From: Candidatus Altimarinota bacterium
GTDB taxonomy: Bacteria > Patescibacteriota > Gracilibacteria > UBA1369
Direction of reading: 5' to 3'
NCBI GenBank assembly: GCA_963677745.1
Contig: OY782391.1
Span: forward strand, 448,001 to 512,000
Length of the DNA: 64,000 bases
Shown here: one piece after another, positions 8,802-19,588 of the stretch
How the letters are laid out: every line of letters begins with the position of its first letter
How positions within the stretch are numbered: position 1 is the first letter of the stretch
Made by a program: the position numbers and the translations under genes
Notes under the pieces: generated by a model
Databases searched by the model: none
What the model saw: only the letters and a program-made list of their open reading frames with translations
What the model was told of the DNA's origin: nothing

Positions 8802-11800
8802 ATGCCGAAGAAAAAATCTTCCACATCGAAAGCCAAGAAGCCACTAAAAAAAGCCGCAGCGTCAAAAAAGACCGCTTCGGTCAAAAAGCCGGTTAAGATT
8901 AAGAAAGCCCCGGCCAAAACTTCCAAACCGGTAAAAAAGACAGCAGCCAAACCAGCCCAGAAAAAGAAGGCTGTAAAGAAGGTTTTGAAAAAGACCGTCT
9001 CCAAAGCTGCCAAAAAAGCTTCCCCCGCCAAGAAAAAGCCCGCTGTCAAAAAAGCACCGGTTAAAGTTAAAAAACCGGCCGCCAAAGTCAAAGTCAAACC
9101 GGCTCCCCAGAAAACGGTCAAAAAAAACGTGCCCGTCAAACCCGTAAAAACGGTTAAAGCCAGCACGCCCAAAGTTCCGGCCAAAAAAGTTGAAAAGCCC
9201 GCCAAGGAAATCAAGGCCGTACAGCCAAAAGCCGCTCCTCAAACCGCCGCCAAGAAAACGGAAAAAGAACTTCCGGCCGCTCCTGCCAAAAAAAGCAAAG
9301 AAAACGTCCGGGAAATTCCCCGCAAATTAAACAAAGACTTTTCTCTGGCCGAAGAAGTTTCAAGACTGCTGCCCAAGGAAAACATTATCATGAAAGAATC
9401 GTCCAACCGGAGATTCTTCACCGATCGTATTGATAAAGACATTGTTCTCCCCAACCTGATCGAAATCCAGCTGGATTCCTATCGCTGGTTTCTGGACATC
9501 GGTATCCGTGAACTGCTGGATGAAATTTCTCCGATTACCGATTTCTCCGGTAAAAAACTGGAACTCCAGTTTTTGGAACATTCCGTGGACGAACCGAAAT
9601 ACGACCCTGAAACCTGCCGTCTAAAAAATCTGACTTACGAAGCTCCCCTCAAAGTCCACGTACAGCTGATCAACAAGGAAACCGGTGAAATCAAGGAACA
9701 GGACGTCTTTTTGGGCGCCATTCCGCTGATGACTCACAAAGGAACCTTTATCGTTAACGGAATCGAAAGAGTAGTTGTTTCCCAGATCGTCCGCTCCCCC
9801 GGCGTGTTTTTCTCAAGAAATGCCGGTGCCCTGAACTCCTTCAACGCCAAGATCATCCCCAAACGCGGTGCCTGGCTGGAAATCGAAACCGATAAAAAAG
9901 GTATTATCAGCGTGAAAATCGACCGCAAAAGAAAAATCCCCGTGACTTCGCTGCTGCGCGTTTTCGGTTATCCCACTGACGACGAAATCCGGGATGTTTT
10001 CAAGGATGTGATCGGAGGTCCGGATAAAGACTATATATTAAATACTCTGGACAAGGACACCTCCAAAACCGTCGACGAGGCATATCAGAACATTTACAAA
10101 AAGATCCGCCCCGGCGACCTGGCTACTCCCGAGAATGCCAAATCACTGATCCAGTCGATGTTTTTTGATTACAAGAAATACGATATGGGACCGGTGGCCA
10201 GATACAAACTCAACAAACGTTTCAACCTCAACACTCCCAACACCAAAGATTTTCATACCCTGCAGGTTGAAGACATCGTTTATATTCTGAAACATCTGAT
10301 TCAGCTCAATAACGGCATCGGCAGAGAAGATGATATCGATCATCTGGCCAACCGCCGCATCCGTGCCGTGGGTGAACTGGTGCAAAACAAATTCCGCGTG
10401 GGTTTGCTGCGCACCGACCGTATCGCCAAAGACCGCATGACAGTGATGGATCTGGAAACGGTTACCCCCACCCAGCTGATCAATTCCCGCCCGATCACCG
10501 CCGCCCTGCGCGAATTCTACGCCAGCTCACAACTTTCCCAGTTTATGGATCAGACCAATCCGCTGGCCGAACTGGCACACAAACGCCGTCTGTCCGCCAT
10601 GGGTCCCGGAGGTTTGACCAGAGAAAGAGCCTCCTTCGACGTACGTGACGTGCATCCGTCCCATTACGGAAGAATCTGCCCGATCGCCACTCCCGAAGGT
10701 CCGAACATCGGTCTGGTCGTGCATCTGGCCACTTATGCCCGCGTCAACAAATACGGCTTCATTGAAACTCCTTACCGCACCATGAACGACACCATCGCGG
10801 TCAAAGATATCAAGAAACTGAAAGGCAAGAAACTGCGCTCCGACCTGATCAATCCCGCCAACGGCAAAATTATTCTGACCAAGGAAACAGTGCTCGGTGA
10901 AAAAGAAATCGCCAAGATCAAGGATTTGGGATTTGAAACCATCAAAGTTTTCAAACACACCACCGACGACGTGCGTTATTATGCCGCCGACGAGGACAAC
11001 GACAAAGTGATCGCGCAGGCCAACACCAGACTGGATGAGGAAGGACAGATAGTCGATTCGCTGGTTTCCGGAAGACAAAACGGAGAACCGGAACTGGTTC
11101 CGGCCAAGAACATCACGCACATGGACATCTCCCCGAAACAGATTATCTCCGAGACCACGGCCCTCATTCCGTTTTTGGAACACGATGACAACACCCGCGC
11201 CTCCATGGGTTCCAACATGCAACGTCAGGCCGTCTCACTGATCTCTCCGGATGCTCCGGTGGTCGGTACCGGTATGGAAGAAATAGTCGCCAAGAGTTCC
11301 GGCCAAATCTATCTGGCCGAAAACAACGGTACGGTTTCCTACGTTGATGCCGAACAGATAGTAGTGATCTACGACAATGGTAAAAAAGCCATCTACAAAC
11401 TCAACAATTACGTCCGCTCCAACCAGTCCACCTGTATTCATCACCGGGCCAGAGTCAACAAAGGCCAAAGAGTAACACGCGGTGATGTCCTGTCCGACGG
11501 TCCGGCCACCGAAAACGGTGAATTGGCCCTGGGCAAGAATGTCCTGGTCGCCTATATGGCCTGGAAAGGTTACAACTTTGAAGACGCCGTAATAGTATCC
11601 GACCGCATCGTTAAAGCCGGCTATTTCGATTCAGTACACATTGAAGCATTTACCATCGACGTCCGCGACACCAAGCTGGGCCCTGAAATTATTACCCGGG
11701 ACATTCCCAATGTCGGTGAAGCCAGACTGAAAGATCTTGATGAAAACGGAATAGTGAGAATCGGTGCCACCGTCCGCGAAGGTGACATCCTGGTCGGTAA

Positions 11801-13088
11801 AATCACCCCCAAGGGCGAAACCGAACTTTCCGCTGAAGAAAGACTTCTCCGCGCCATTTTTGGCGACAAGGCCAGAGATGTTAAAGACACCTCGCTGCGT
11901 CTGCCCGGAGGTGAAGGCGGCAAAGTGGTGGGAGTTCAGATCTTCTCACGCTCCAACGGCGATGAACTGCCGACCGGAGTCAATCAGCAAATTAAAGTAA
12001 ACGTCGCCCAGACCAGAAAAGTATCGGTAGGTGACAAAGTGGCCGGAAGACACGGAAACAAAGGTGTCATCTCGGTCATCGTGCCTCAGGAAAATATGCC
12101 ATTTTTGGCAGACGGCACCCCGATCGACATCATTCTCAACCCGTTGGGTGTGTCATCCCGTATGAATATCGGACAGATTCTGGAAGTGCATCTCGGCTGG
12201 GCCGCCAGAAAACTTAATTTCACGGTTGCCACCCCCGCCCTTAACGGTATTCACACCGACCAGATCAAAGAACTGCTCAAACAGGCAAAACTGCCCGAAG
12301 CCGGTAAAATTCAGCTTTATGACGGTATTACCGGTGAGCCTTTTGATCATCAGACCACAGTGGGAATTGCCTATATTATGAAACTATCCCATCTGGTTGA
12401 AGATAAAATTCACGCCCGTTCAGTCGGTCCTTACTCTCTGGTCACCCAGCAGCCGCTCGGTGGTAAAGCCCAACACGGAGGACAGAGATTCGGAGAAATG
12501 GAAGTATGGGCACTGGAAGCTTATGGTGCCGCCCATACCCTGCAGGAAATGCTGACCATCAAGTCCGACGATATCTATGGCCGCGCCAAAGCCTACGAAT
12601 CAATTGTCAAAGACGAACCGATCAAGAAACCAAAAACCCCTGAATCGTTCAACGTTCTGGTACGGGAACTGCAGTCATTGGGTCTTTCCGTTAAATTTGA
12701 AAACTCACACACCTCGGCTGAAGATGAATACGAAGGTAACCCCGAACTGGAAGATGTGGCCGAAATAGAACCCGAGACCAGAGAAAGTCTGGCCCTGCAG
12801 GCGGAGATTACTCAAAAAATTGCTGCCGAAGGGGAAGAAACGGATAAAGTTGAAAAGAATGTTTCCGGAATTGAAGTGGTGAAAGACACCGAAGAAGAAA
12901 ACCTGGAAGTCAAAGAGATCAAGGAAGAAGGAGATCCTGCCGACCTGGAAGATTTCGCCAAGATGGAAGCGGAACTGGATCTGGATCAGATCGACGCCCC
13001 GGAAGAGGAACTGCGGGCTATGGAAGAAAATCCCCTGCCCCTGGAAGATCTGGATATCCCTGAAGTAGATGAAGACGTTAAGCCCTAA
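8802..13088 (+). CDS. rpoB: RNA polymerase beta subunit with Lys/Ala/Pro-rich N-terminal arm and acidic C-terminal tail
   Basis: [67 protein letters not shown] 8802 preferred over TTG 8772. Confidence 0.98.
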   Translation: MPKKKSSTSKAKKPLKKAAASKKTASVKKPVKIKKAPAKTSKPVKKTAAKPAQKKKAVKKVLKKTVSKAAKKASPAKKKPAVKKAPVKVKKPAAKVKVKPAPQKTVKKNVPVKPVKTVKASTPKVPAKKVEKPAKEIKAVQPKAAPQTAAKKTEKELPAAPAKKSKENVREIPRKLNKDFSLAEEVSRLLPKENIIMKESSNRRFFTDRIDKDIVLPNLIEIQLDSYRWFLDIGIRELLDEISPITDFSGKKLELQFLEHSVDEPKYDPETCRLKNLTYEAPLKVHVQLINKETGEIKEQDVFLGAIPLMTHKGTFIVNGIERVVVSQIVRSPGVFFSRNAGALNSFNAKIIPKRGAWLEIETDKKGIISVKIDRKRKIPVTSLLRVFGYPTDDEIRDVFKDVIGGPDKDYILNTLDKDTSKTVDEAYQNIYKKIRPGDLATPENAKSLIQSMFFDYKKYDMGPVARYKLNKRFNLNTPNTKDFHTLQVEDIVYILKHLIQLNNGIGREDDIDHLANRRIRAVGELVQNKFRVGLLRTDRIAKDRMTVMDLETVTPTQLINSRPITAALREFYASSQLSQFMDQTNPLAELAHKRRLSAMGPGGLTRERASFDVRDVHPSHYGRICPIATPEGPNIGLVVHLATYARVNKYGFIETPYRTMNDTIAVKDIKKLKGKKLRSDLINPANGKIILTKETVLGEKEIAKIKDLGFETIKVFKHTTDDVRYYAADEDNDKVIAQANTRLDEEGQIVDSLVSGRQNGEPELVPAKNITHMDISPKQIISETTALIPFLEHDDNTRASMGSNMQRQAVSLISPDAPVVGTGMEEIVAKSSGQIYLAENNGTVSYVDAEQIVVIYDNGKKAIYKLNNYVRSNQSTCIHHRARVNKGQRVTRGDVLSDGPATENGELALGKNVLVAYMAWKGYNFEDAVIVSDRIVKAGYFDSVHIEAFTIDVRDTKLGPEIITRDIPNVGEARLKDLDENGIVRIGATVREGDILVGKITPKGETELSAEERLLRAIFGDKARDVKDTSLRLPGGEGGKVVGVQIFSRSNGDELPTGVNQQIKVNVAQTRKVSVGDKVAGRHGNKGVISVIVPQENMPFLADGTPIDIILNPLGVSSRMNIGQILEVHLGWAARKLNFTVATPALNGIHTDQIKELLKQAKLPEAGKIQLYDGITGEPFDHQTTVGIAYIMKLSHLVEDKIHARSVGPYSLVTQQPLGGKAQHGGQRFGEMEVWALEAYGAAHTLQEMLTIKSDDIYGRAKAYESIVKDEPIKKPKTPESFNVLVRELQSLGLSVKFENSHTSAEDEYEGNPELEDVAEIEPETRESLALQAEITQKIAAEGEETDKVEKNVSGIEVVKDTEEENLEVKEIKEEGDPADLEDFAKMEAELDLDQIDAPEEELRAMEENPLPLEDLDIPEVDEDVKP

Positions 13089-13112
13089 AATACTTCATAA
13101 CACAGATGGCCT

Positions 13113-13538
13113 ATGAGAAGTGTCAATAAAGTAATACTCATCGGAAATCTCACCCGCGACCCCGAACTGAGACAAACTCCGGGAGGGCAGGCGGTCTGCA
13201 CCTTCTCAATTGCCACCAACAGGGAATGGATCACCAAGGACGGCGGTAAACATTCCCTCACCGAATATCACGATCTGGTCGCCTGGGCCAAACTCGCCGA
13301 AATCTGCAGCACTCACCTCAAAAAAAGCAAACTGGTCTACGTGGAAGGATACCTGAAAACCCGCAGCTGGGAATCTCCGGAAGGAATAAAGAAATTCAAG
13401 ACGGAAATTGTCATTCAGGATCTGATCATACTGGACCGCAAAGAATACACAGCCTACAGCAGCGAAGAATTTGTCCCCCAGGATTATCCCGACGCACCGC
13501 CCGCCGCCACCGACATCGATCTGAACCTTGGTCTGTAA
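13113..13538 (+). CDS. ssb: Single-stranded DNA-binding protein with non-canonical C-terminus
   Basis: SVNKVILIGNLTRDPELR, FSIATNREW, VYVEGYLKTRSW; ends DIDLNLGL. Confidence 0.95.
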   Translation: MRSVNKVILIGNLTRDPELRQTPGGQAVCTFSIATNREWITKDGGKHSLTEYHDLVAWAKLAEICSTHLKKSKLVYVEGYLKTRSWESPEGIKKFKTEIVIQDLIILDRKEYTAYSSEEFVPQDYPDAPPAATDIDLNLGL

Positions 13539-13590
13539 AAAAATCACCAAGTTAAAAACCCCCCGTTTAAACAATTAACTTCAAAGTAAA

Positions 13591-16500
13591 ATGAGTTTCA
13601 ACGACAATAGTAATTCAGCCCAAAACAAAGCCCGAGAGGCCTTCGATAAAATTTCCATTTCGGTTGCTTCACCCGAAGAAATTCTGTCCTGGTCATTTGG
13701 GGAGGTAAAGAAACCGGAAACAATCAATTACCGGACACAGAAACCGGAAAGAGACGGTTTGTTTTGTGAAAAGATCTTCGGTCCCACCAAAAACTGGGAA
13801 TGTTATTGCGGAAAATACAAAAGAATCCGTTATAAGGGAATCATTTGTGAAAAATGCGGAGTCGAAGTCACCCACTCCTCAGTCCGCCGCTCCCGCATGG
13901 GACATATTAAACTGGCCGTGCCGGTAACCCATATCTGGTTTCTGCGTTCCACACCTTCCAGAATCGGCCTGCTTTTGGATCTGCCCATCAAAGCCATTGA
14001 ACAGGTCGTTTATTTTGCCGCCTATGTCATCACCGAAGTTGATGAAAAAGCCAAGGAAGAGGCCCGTGAACAGCTGACCAACGAATACAAGAACCTCCGC
14101 AAAAAAATCCAGGAAGACTCTTCCCGTGCCACCGCCGGTGCCAATAATGAAAAAGGCAAAACCGACAAAATCGAAAAAGATTACTCCCATAAACTGGACG
14201 AACTGGACAGCCAGCACAAAAAGACCAAGGAACAGCTGGAAGGAATCCGCATCACAGCCATCTACTCCGAACTGGAATATCGTGAACTTTCAACCAAATT
14301 CGGTCAGATCTTCAAGGCTGGCATCGGCGCCGAAGCCATCCGTCATATTATCCAGAACCTCGATCTGGAAGTGATGATCAAAAATCTGGACAAAGAACTG
14401 GTAAAATCTTCCGGACAGAAGCAGAAAAAAATCATCAAAAGACTGAAATTGGCCGGAAGCCTGCTCAAAGCCGATATCCGACCGGAATGGATGATCATGA
14501 CTGTCTTACCGGTAATTCCACCGGATCTGCGTCCGATGGTACAGCTGGACGGTGGAAGATTTGCCGCCTCCGACCTGAATGACCTTTACCGCCGTGTCAT
14601 CAACAGAAACAACCGTCTGAAGAGACTGATGGCCATCGGCGCTCCCGAAGTGATCTCGCGCAATGAAAAGAGAATGCTGCAGGAAGCCGTAGACACACTT
14701 TTAAATAATTCCGCCCGCGCCGGCAAAACAGTTTTCAATTCCGGGGACAAACGGAAACTCCGCTCCCTCTCCGACATGCTCAAAGGTAAGCAGGGACGCT
14801 TCCGCCAGAACCTGCTCGGTAAACGTGTCGACTATTCCGGCCGCTCCGTAATCGTGGTAGGTCCTTCGCTGAAACTGGATCAATGCGGTTTGCCAAAACA
14901 GATGGCCATGGAACTTTTCAAACCGTTTGTGATCGGCAGACTGATCCGCGACGGACTGGCCCACAACATCAAGAGCTCGGAAAAACTGATTCAGGCCGGT
15001 ACCAAGGAAGTCTGGGATATTCTGGAAGAGGTCACCTGTGACCGCTATGTACTTTTAAACCGCGCCCCGACACTGCACAGACTGGGTATTCAGGCTTTCC
15101 GTCCCGTACTCGTTGAAGGTAAAGCCATTCAGATCCATCCGCTGGTTTGTACCGCTTTCAACGCCGACTTTGATGGAGACCAGATGGCCGTCCATGTGCC
15201 GCTTTCCAAACCGGCCCAGGAAGAAGCCAAGAATCTGATTTGTTCCAGTCACAACCTGCTTAAACCATCGGCCGGCGAACCAATTGTTACTCCGGTACAG
15301 GACATGGTATTGGGCTGTTATTATCTGACCAAGGAAACTCCGGGCAAAAACGGTGAGGGCACCAACTATACCGATCTGAATGAGGCAATCCTGGCCTGGA
15401 GAACCAGCAATCTTCACCTGCAGGCCAAAATCAAAGCCCGCTTCCGCGGAGAAATCCGTGAAACCACTCTGGGCAGACTGATTTTCAACAGTTTCCTGCC
15501 GGAAGAACTCCCCTATTACAATCAGACTTTTGGCAAAAAACAATTGAGCGCACTGCTTAACGACGCCTTTCTGATAGTCGGCGGCGCCAAAGTCGCCGAG
15601 ATCGTCGACCATCTGAAAAAAATCGGTTTTGAATTCGCCACTTATTCGGGTCTATCCATCGGCGCCGCCGACATGATCATCCCCCCCACCAAGGGCAAGA
15701 TCATCGACGATGCTTCGGGACAGATCAAACAGATCAACAATCTGTACCAAAGCGGTCTGATTACAGACAACGAGCGTTACAACCACACTATTAAGACCTG
15801 GAACAAAGCCAAAAACGAAATCTCCAAAGTGATGATCGACGGTATCGATCCCGAGAATGATCTGCACTATATGATCAACTCCGGAGCCCGTGGTAACTGG
15901 GGACAGATTACCCAGCTCTGCGGAATGAAAGGCTTGGTGGCCAATCCTTCCGGTAAGACGATCGAACTTCCCATCAAATCCAACCTCAAAGAGGGCTTTA
16001 CCATTCTGGAATACTTCATCGCCACTCACGGAGGACGTAAAGGTAAATCCGATACCGCCTTGAAAACCGCTGAAGCCGGCCATTTGACCCGTCGTCTGGT
16101 CGATTCGGTACAGGATATCATCATCAAAGAAATCGATTGCGGGTCCGTCCATTCCCATATTGTCACCAAAACCGAATCCGACCGTATCGGTGAAAAACTG
16201 GAAAACAGAATTTTCGGACGTGTTCTGGCTGAAAACGTGGTTAACCCCAAAACCGGAGAAATAATTGCCGAAAAAGGCCAGGAAGTTGACCGGAAAATCA
16301 TCAAACAGATCGAAGACTTCAACGTGGAGGAAGTTAAAGTCCGCTCAGTCATCACCTGCCGCACCCGCGGCGGTATCTGTGTCCGTTGTTACGGCAGAGA
16401 TCTTGGTACCAACAAAACCGTCGAACCCGGAACAGCCGTCGGTATCATCGCCGCACAGTCAATCGGAGAACCTGGTACGCAGTTGACGATGAGAACCTTC

Positions 16501-17493
16501 CACATGGGTGGAGTTGCTTCCGAAGAAGGAGACATCACCCAGGGTCTGACCCGCGTGGAAGAACTGTTTGAAGCCCGCGCCCCCAAATCACCGGCCATCA
16601 TGACCGAACTGTCGGGTATCGCAGAAATTACCAGCAAAGGCCAACTGACCGAAATCAAAGTCACCACCGAAGAACCTCTCGAAAAAGACTATCTGCTGAT
16701 CGGAGATCTGGAAGCCACCGTCAAAAAAGGTGACGTGGTAAAAGAGAAAGAAATCATTGCCAAGTCCCCGCTGAGCAAGAATATGATCAGAGCCGAATTT
16801 AACGCCAAGATTCTGGAGGTTAACACCAATCACGTTCTGCTCCGCAGCATGGATCTGATTTCCCGCACCTATAAGATCCCCTTTGGTAAAATCATCAAGA
16901 TCAAGAACAAGGCCAAAGTTCAAAAAGGCCAGTCATTGACTTCCGGCCACCTCAACCTGCGCGATCTGATCAATCTGACCGACGTCTACACCGCCCAAAA
17001 ATATCTGGTTTCCGAGGTCCAAAGCATCTACGCCTCACAGGGACAGACCATCAACGACAAACACATTGAAATCATCGCCCGCCAGATGCTCTCCAAAGTC
17101 AGAATTGTCGACCCCGGAGAAACGCATTATCTGCCCGGTGAAGTGGTAGACATCCTGGAAGCCGAAGACGCCAACCTGAAAATGGAAAAAGAGAACAAGA
17201 AAATGGCTTCCGTGGAAAGACTGCTTTTGGGTCTAACCCGCATCTCGCTCCACACCGACAGCTGGCTCTCCGCAGCCTCATTCCAGGAAACAATCCGTGT
17301 TCTGGTCGAGGCTTCCACCACCAACAAAGTGGATGTACTGGAAGGTCTGAAGGAAAATGTTATCATCGGTAAACTGATTCCCGCCGGCGAAACCTACAGA
17401 AAACGCCACCCGGAACTGGTCGATGAATTTGCCAACCTGGGAAATAAAGAACCTCAAATGATCGAAAGGCCGAAATTCTATCCGGCCATCTAG
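13591..17493 (+). CDS. rpoC: RNA polymerase beta' subunit
   Basis: Zn ribbon CYCGKYK...CEKC, catalytic [28 protein letters not shown]. Confidence 0.99.
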   Translation: MSFNDNSNSAQNKAREAFDKISISVASPEEILSWSFGEVKKPETINYRTQKPERDGLFCEKIFGPTKNWECYCGKYKRIRYKGIICEKCGVEVTHSSVRRSRMGHIKLAVPVTHIWFLRSTPSRIGLLLDLPIKAIEQVVYFAAYVITEVDEKAKEEAREQLTNEYKNLRKKIQEDSSRATAGANNEKGKTDKIEKDYSHKLDELDSQHKKTKEQLEGIRITAIYSELEYRELSTKFGQIFKAGIGAEAIRHIIQNLDLEVMIKNLDKELVKSSGQKQKKIIKRLKLAGSLLKADIRPEWMIMTVLPVIPPDLRPMVQLDGGRFAASDLNDLYRRVINRNNRLKRLMAIGAPEVISRNEKRMLQEAVDTLLNNSARAGKTVFNSGDKRKLRSLSDMLKGKQGRFRQNLLGKRVDYSGRSVIVVGPSLKLDQCGLPKQMAMELFKPFVIGRLIRDGLAHNIKSSEKLIQAGTKEVWDILEEVTCDRYVLLNRAPTLHRLGIQAFRPVLVEGKAIQIHPLVCTAFNADFDGDQMAVHVPLSKPAQEEAKNLICSSHNLLKPSAGEPIVTPVQDMVLGCYYLTKETPGKNGEGTNYTDLNEAILAWRTSNLHLQAKIKARFRGEIRETTLGRLIFNSFLPEELPYYNQTFGKKQLSALLNDAFLIVGGAKVAEIVDHLKKIGFEFATYSGLSIGAADMIIPPTKGKIIDDASGQIKQINNLYQSGLITDNERYNHTIKTWNKAKNEISKVMIDGIDPENDLHYMINSGARGNWGQITQLCGMKGLVANPSGKTIELPIKSNLKEGFTILEYFIATHGGRKGKSDTALKTAEAGHLTRRLVDSVQDIIIKEIDCGSVHSHIVTKTESDRIGEKLENRIFGRVLAENVVNPKTGEIIAEKGQEVDRKIIKQIEDFNVEEVKVRSVITCRTRGGICVRCYGRDLGTNKTVEPGTAVGIIAAQSIGEPGTQLTMRTFHMGGVASEEGDITQGLTRVEELFEARAPKSPAIMTELSGIAEITSKGQLTEIKVTTEEPLEKDYLLIGDLEATVKKGDVVKEKEIIAKSPLSKNMIRAEFNAKILEVNTNHVLLRSMDLISRTYKIPFGKIIKIKNKAKVQKGQSLTSGHLNLRDLINLTDVYTAQKYLVSEVQSIYASQGQTINDKHIEIIARQMLSKVRIVDPGETHYLPGEVVDILEAEDANLKMEKENKKMASVERLLLGLTRISLHTDSWLSAASFQETIRVLVEASTTNKVDVLEGLKENVIIGKLIPAGETYRKRHPELVDEFANLGNKEPQMIERPKFYPAI

Positions 17494-17504
17494 TTCAAAA
17501 AAAC

Positions 17505-17533
17505 TTGCAATATCAAGTATCGTTGTGTAGATT
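17505..17533 (+). promoter_or_regulatory. Promoter of rpsL-rpsG
   Basis: TTGCAA(17505)-17 nt-TAGATT(17528). Confidence 0.55.
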
Positions 17534-17596
17534 GTTGCAGCATTTACCACCTCGGAATCACTAAAAAACTTCATAAATATCACCTAATTCAAGACA

Positions 17597-18013
17597 ATGC
17601 CAACCATTAATCAATTAATCCGCAAACCCCGCAAGCCAAAACTCAAGAAGAGTAAGTCCCCGGCCTTGCTGACCGCTTTCAACTCGCTGAAAAACCGCTC
17701 GGTTAAAAACTGCAGCCCGTTCAAGAGAGGCGTTTGCATTAAGGTTGGAACCATGACTCCCAAGAAACCTAACTCAGCTCTCCGCAAATTCGCCAAAGTC
17801 AGACTCACCAATATGGTTGAGGTTAATGCCTACATTCCCGGTGAAGGACATAATCTGCAGGAACACAGCGTCGTGTTGATTCGCGGCGGCAGAGTAAAGG
17901 ATCTGCCAGGTGTACGTTATCACATTGTCAGAGGCATTCTTGATACACAGGGAGTTCAGAACCGCAAACAGGGTCGTTCCAGATATGGAGCCAAGAAACC
18001 CAAAAAAGCATAA
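17597..18013 (+). CDS. rpsL: 30S ribosomal protein S12
   Basis: [26 protein letters not shown]. Confidence 0.99.
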   Translation: MPTINQLIRKPRKPKLKKSKSPALLTAFNSLKNRSVKNCSPFKRGVCIKVGTMTPKKPNSALRKFAKVRLTNMVEVNAYIPGEGHNLQEHSVVLIRGGRVKDLPGVRYHIVRGILDTQGVQNRKQGRSRYGAKKPKKA

Positions 18014-18043
18014 TCAGTAAAAAAATTTAATCGACACTAAGCA

Positions 18044-18499
18044 ATGGCACAGAAAAGACTACATATTATCCCGGAAAATTCTTCCCCGCTGCAGGAAAAA
18101 TTCATCAACTGCGTTATGAAACAGGGCAAGAAGAGTACCGCCCAGAGAATATTTCAGGACGCTATGGATTTAATAGCCGCCAAAGGACACAAAGAACCGG
18201 TCAAAATTTTTGAGAAAGCTTTGGAAACAATCAAACCGACTCTGGAAGTCAAAGCCAAGAGAATCGGCGGCGCCGTTTATCAGATTCCAATGGAAGTAAA
18301 AGCCAACCGCCAGACCACTCTGGCCATCCGCTGGCTGCTGGAAACCACCCGCTCCAAAAGAAACGCCCCCATGGCCAAGAAACTGGCCGACGAATTGATT
18401 CTGGCTGCCAACAACGAAGGCGCCGCCATCAAAAAGCGTGACGACGTAATCAAGATGGCCCAGGCCAACAAGGCTTTCGCCCATTACGCCAAATACTAG
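18044..18499 (+). CDS. rpsG: 30S ribosomal protein S7
   Basis: GKKSTAQRI, RIGGAVYQIP, MAQANKAFAHY. Confidence 0.98.
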   Translation: MAQKRLHIIPENSSPLQEKFINCVMKQGKKSTAQRIFQDAMDLIAAKGHKEPVKIFEKALETIKPTLEVKAKRIGGAVYQIPMEVKANRQTTLAIRWLLETTRSKRNAPMAKKLADELILAANNEGAAIKKRDDVIKMAQANKAFAHYAKY

Positions 18500-18541
18500 A
18501 AGCAGACCCGCGGCTTTTTGGCCGAAGTAAAAAAACAATCA

Positions 18542-18574
18542 AAAAGAGGCCCCCGCTACGCGGGGGCCTCTTTT
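18542..18574. terminator. Bidirectional intrinsic terminator
   Basis: AAAAGAGGCCCCCGC-TAC-GCGGGGGCCTCTTTT between convergent genes. Confidence 0.9.
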
Positions 18575-18582
18575 AAAACAAT

Positions 18583-19452
18583 TTATCTGTCCCAATCTTG
18601 GCGGACCTTGACTTTGACCAGCTTCATCTTTTTAACCTTTTTCTTCCTCCAGACCAATATTCCTAACGGAAAGGGTGCAATAGTCAGTAAGATGATTGCC
18701 AGCCAGACCAAAAGAGCATCCTGACAACTAACTGTGATCTGATAACCGCCAAATGTATAAATCCTGCAAACTGCCCCCTCCGCCCCCAGCCGTCTGCCGG
18801 GAGCAGCCGGCCTGAACAGATTCACCTCGCTGCAGGTCAGATCCTCACAAATTTCCGGTGCCACCGCCTTCAGAATTTCAGCCCCTACCTGCTGACCAAC
18901 AGCCTGCACCTGTTGGACAATCTGTTGCTGTTGCTGTTCCGTCAATTGGGAAACCGGAGCCGGCTCTTCTATTTCTGTAACCGGTTCGACCGGAGTGGCA
19001 GGCTCCTTGATGTCGGGCAATTTAAAAGGCTTCTTGACGGGAGGTTTTTCTACAACCTCGGGAACAGTTGGCCCTTCGGGACAATCACCCGTTAACGAAC
19101 AGGCCGGAGTTCCCCAGTTTATCGATCCGCTGCCACCGCCACCGCCCCCACCGGCTGGCGGTGGAGGTGGCGGTGGTGTGACAGTACCGCCACAAGCACT
19201 TAATACGGCAAAATCCCCGGTACACTCGGTATAACCGGGGCTGGCATTTACACCTCCGTAATAGTCAATGCTGTCATTAAGTTTGTAACCGCTGGAGCTA
19301 CTGATATTGGCTTCAGGATTAACAAAATCAACCGCCTTATAGCTGGCGGAGCTGCTCTGGGCGTTAGCCAAGGCTAAACTCGCCAGAAATATGGCTGCCG
19401 CAAGGGAAATTCTAAACATTTCCAGTCCCAATTGTCTTATGTTAATTTTCAC
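18583..19452 (-). CDS. Exported Pro/Gly-rich protein with C-terminal membrane anchor
   Basis: Signal peptide (LALANA), SSxSYK repeats, P8/G-run linker, Cys pairs, C-terminal TM followed by a basic tail; own TGTGTTATAAT promoter at about 19473-19487 (-). Confidence 0.8.
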   Translation of the reverse strand: MKINIRQLGLEMFRISLAAAIFLASLALANAQSSSASYKAVDFVNPEANISSSSGYKLNDSIDYYGGVNASPGYTECTGDFAVLSACGGTVTPPPPPPPAGGGGGGGSGSINWGTPACSLTGDCPEGPTVPEVVEKPPVKKPFKLPDIKEPATPVEPVTEIEEPAPVSQLTEQQQQQIVQQVQAVGQQVGAEILKAVAPEICEDLTCSEVNLFRPAAPGRRLGAEGAVCRIYTFGGYQITVSCQDALLVWLAIILLTIAPFPLGILVWRKKKVKKMKLVKVKVRQDWDR

Positions 19453-19518
19453 TACAGCTGTTAAATCTCTAAATTATAACACAAAAAGCCCCTCCTGCAT
19501 ATACCCGGAAGCTGTTTC

Positions 19519-19546
19519 TTGACTTCTCAATAACAAAACTTATAAT
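19519..19546 (+). promoter_or_regulatory. Dedicated fusA promoter
   Basis: TTGACT(19519)-16 nt-TATAAT(19541). Confidence 0.75.
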
Positions 19547-19588
19547 GGCCGCGACTTTTTAAATTTCTAACCTTTTTTCCAAGTTATC

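Noticed and set aside
8810-9300. Repetitive AAAAAG/CCGGCC-rich DNA as a possible tandem repeat or CRISPR array
   Set aside because: No fixed-length repeat-spacer periodicity; the repetition is at the amino-acid level (K/A/P/V) with varied codons.
10525-10620. Possible intrinsic rifampicin-resistance substitutions in RpoB cluster I
   Set aside because: [21 protein letters not shown] retains the sensitive-type Q, D, H and S residues.
14030-14250. Coiled-coil insertion in the N-terminal part of beta'
   Set aside because: Lineage-specific insertions at this site are already known (e.g. Actinobacteria); no intein or novel-domain motifs seen.
19125-19195. GC-rich inverted repeat (CCGCCACC/GGTGGCGG)
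   Set aside because: By-product of adjacent poly-Pro and poly-Gly codons in the inserted gene.
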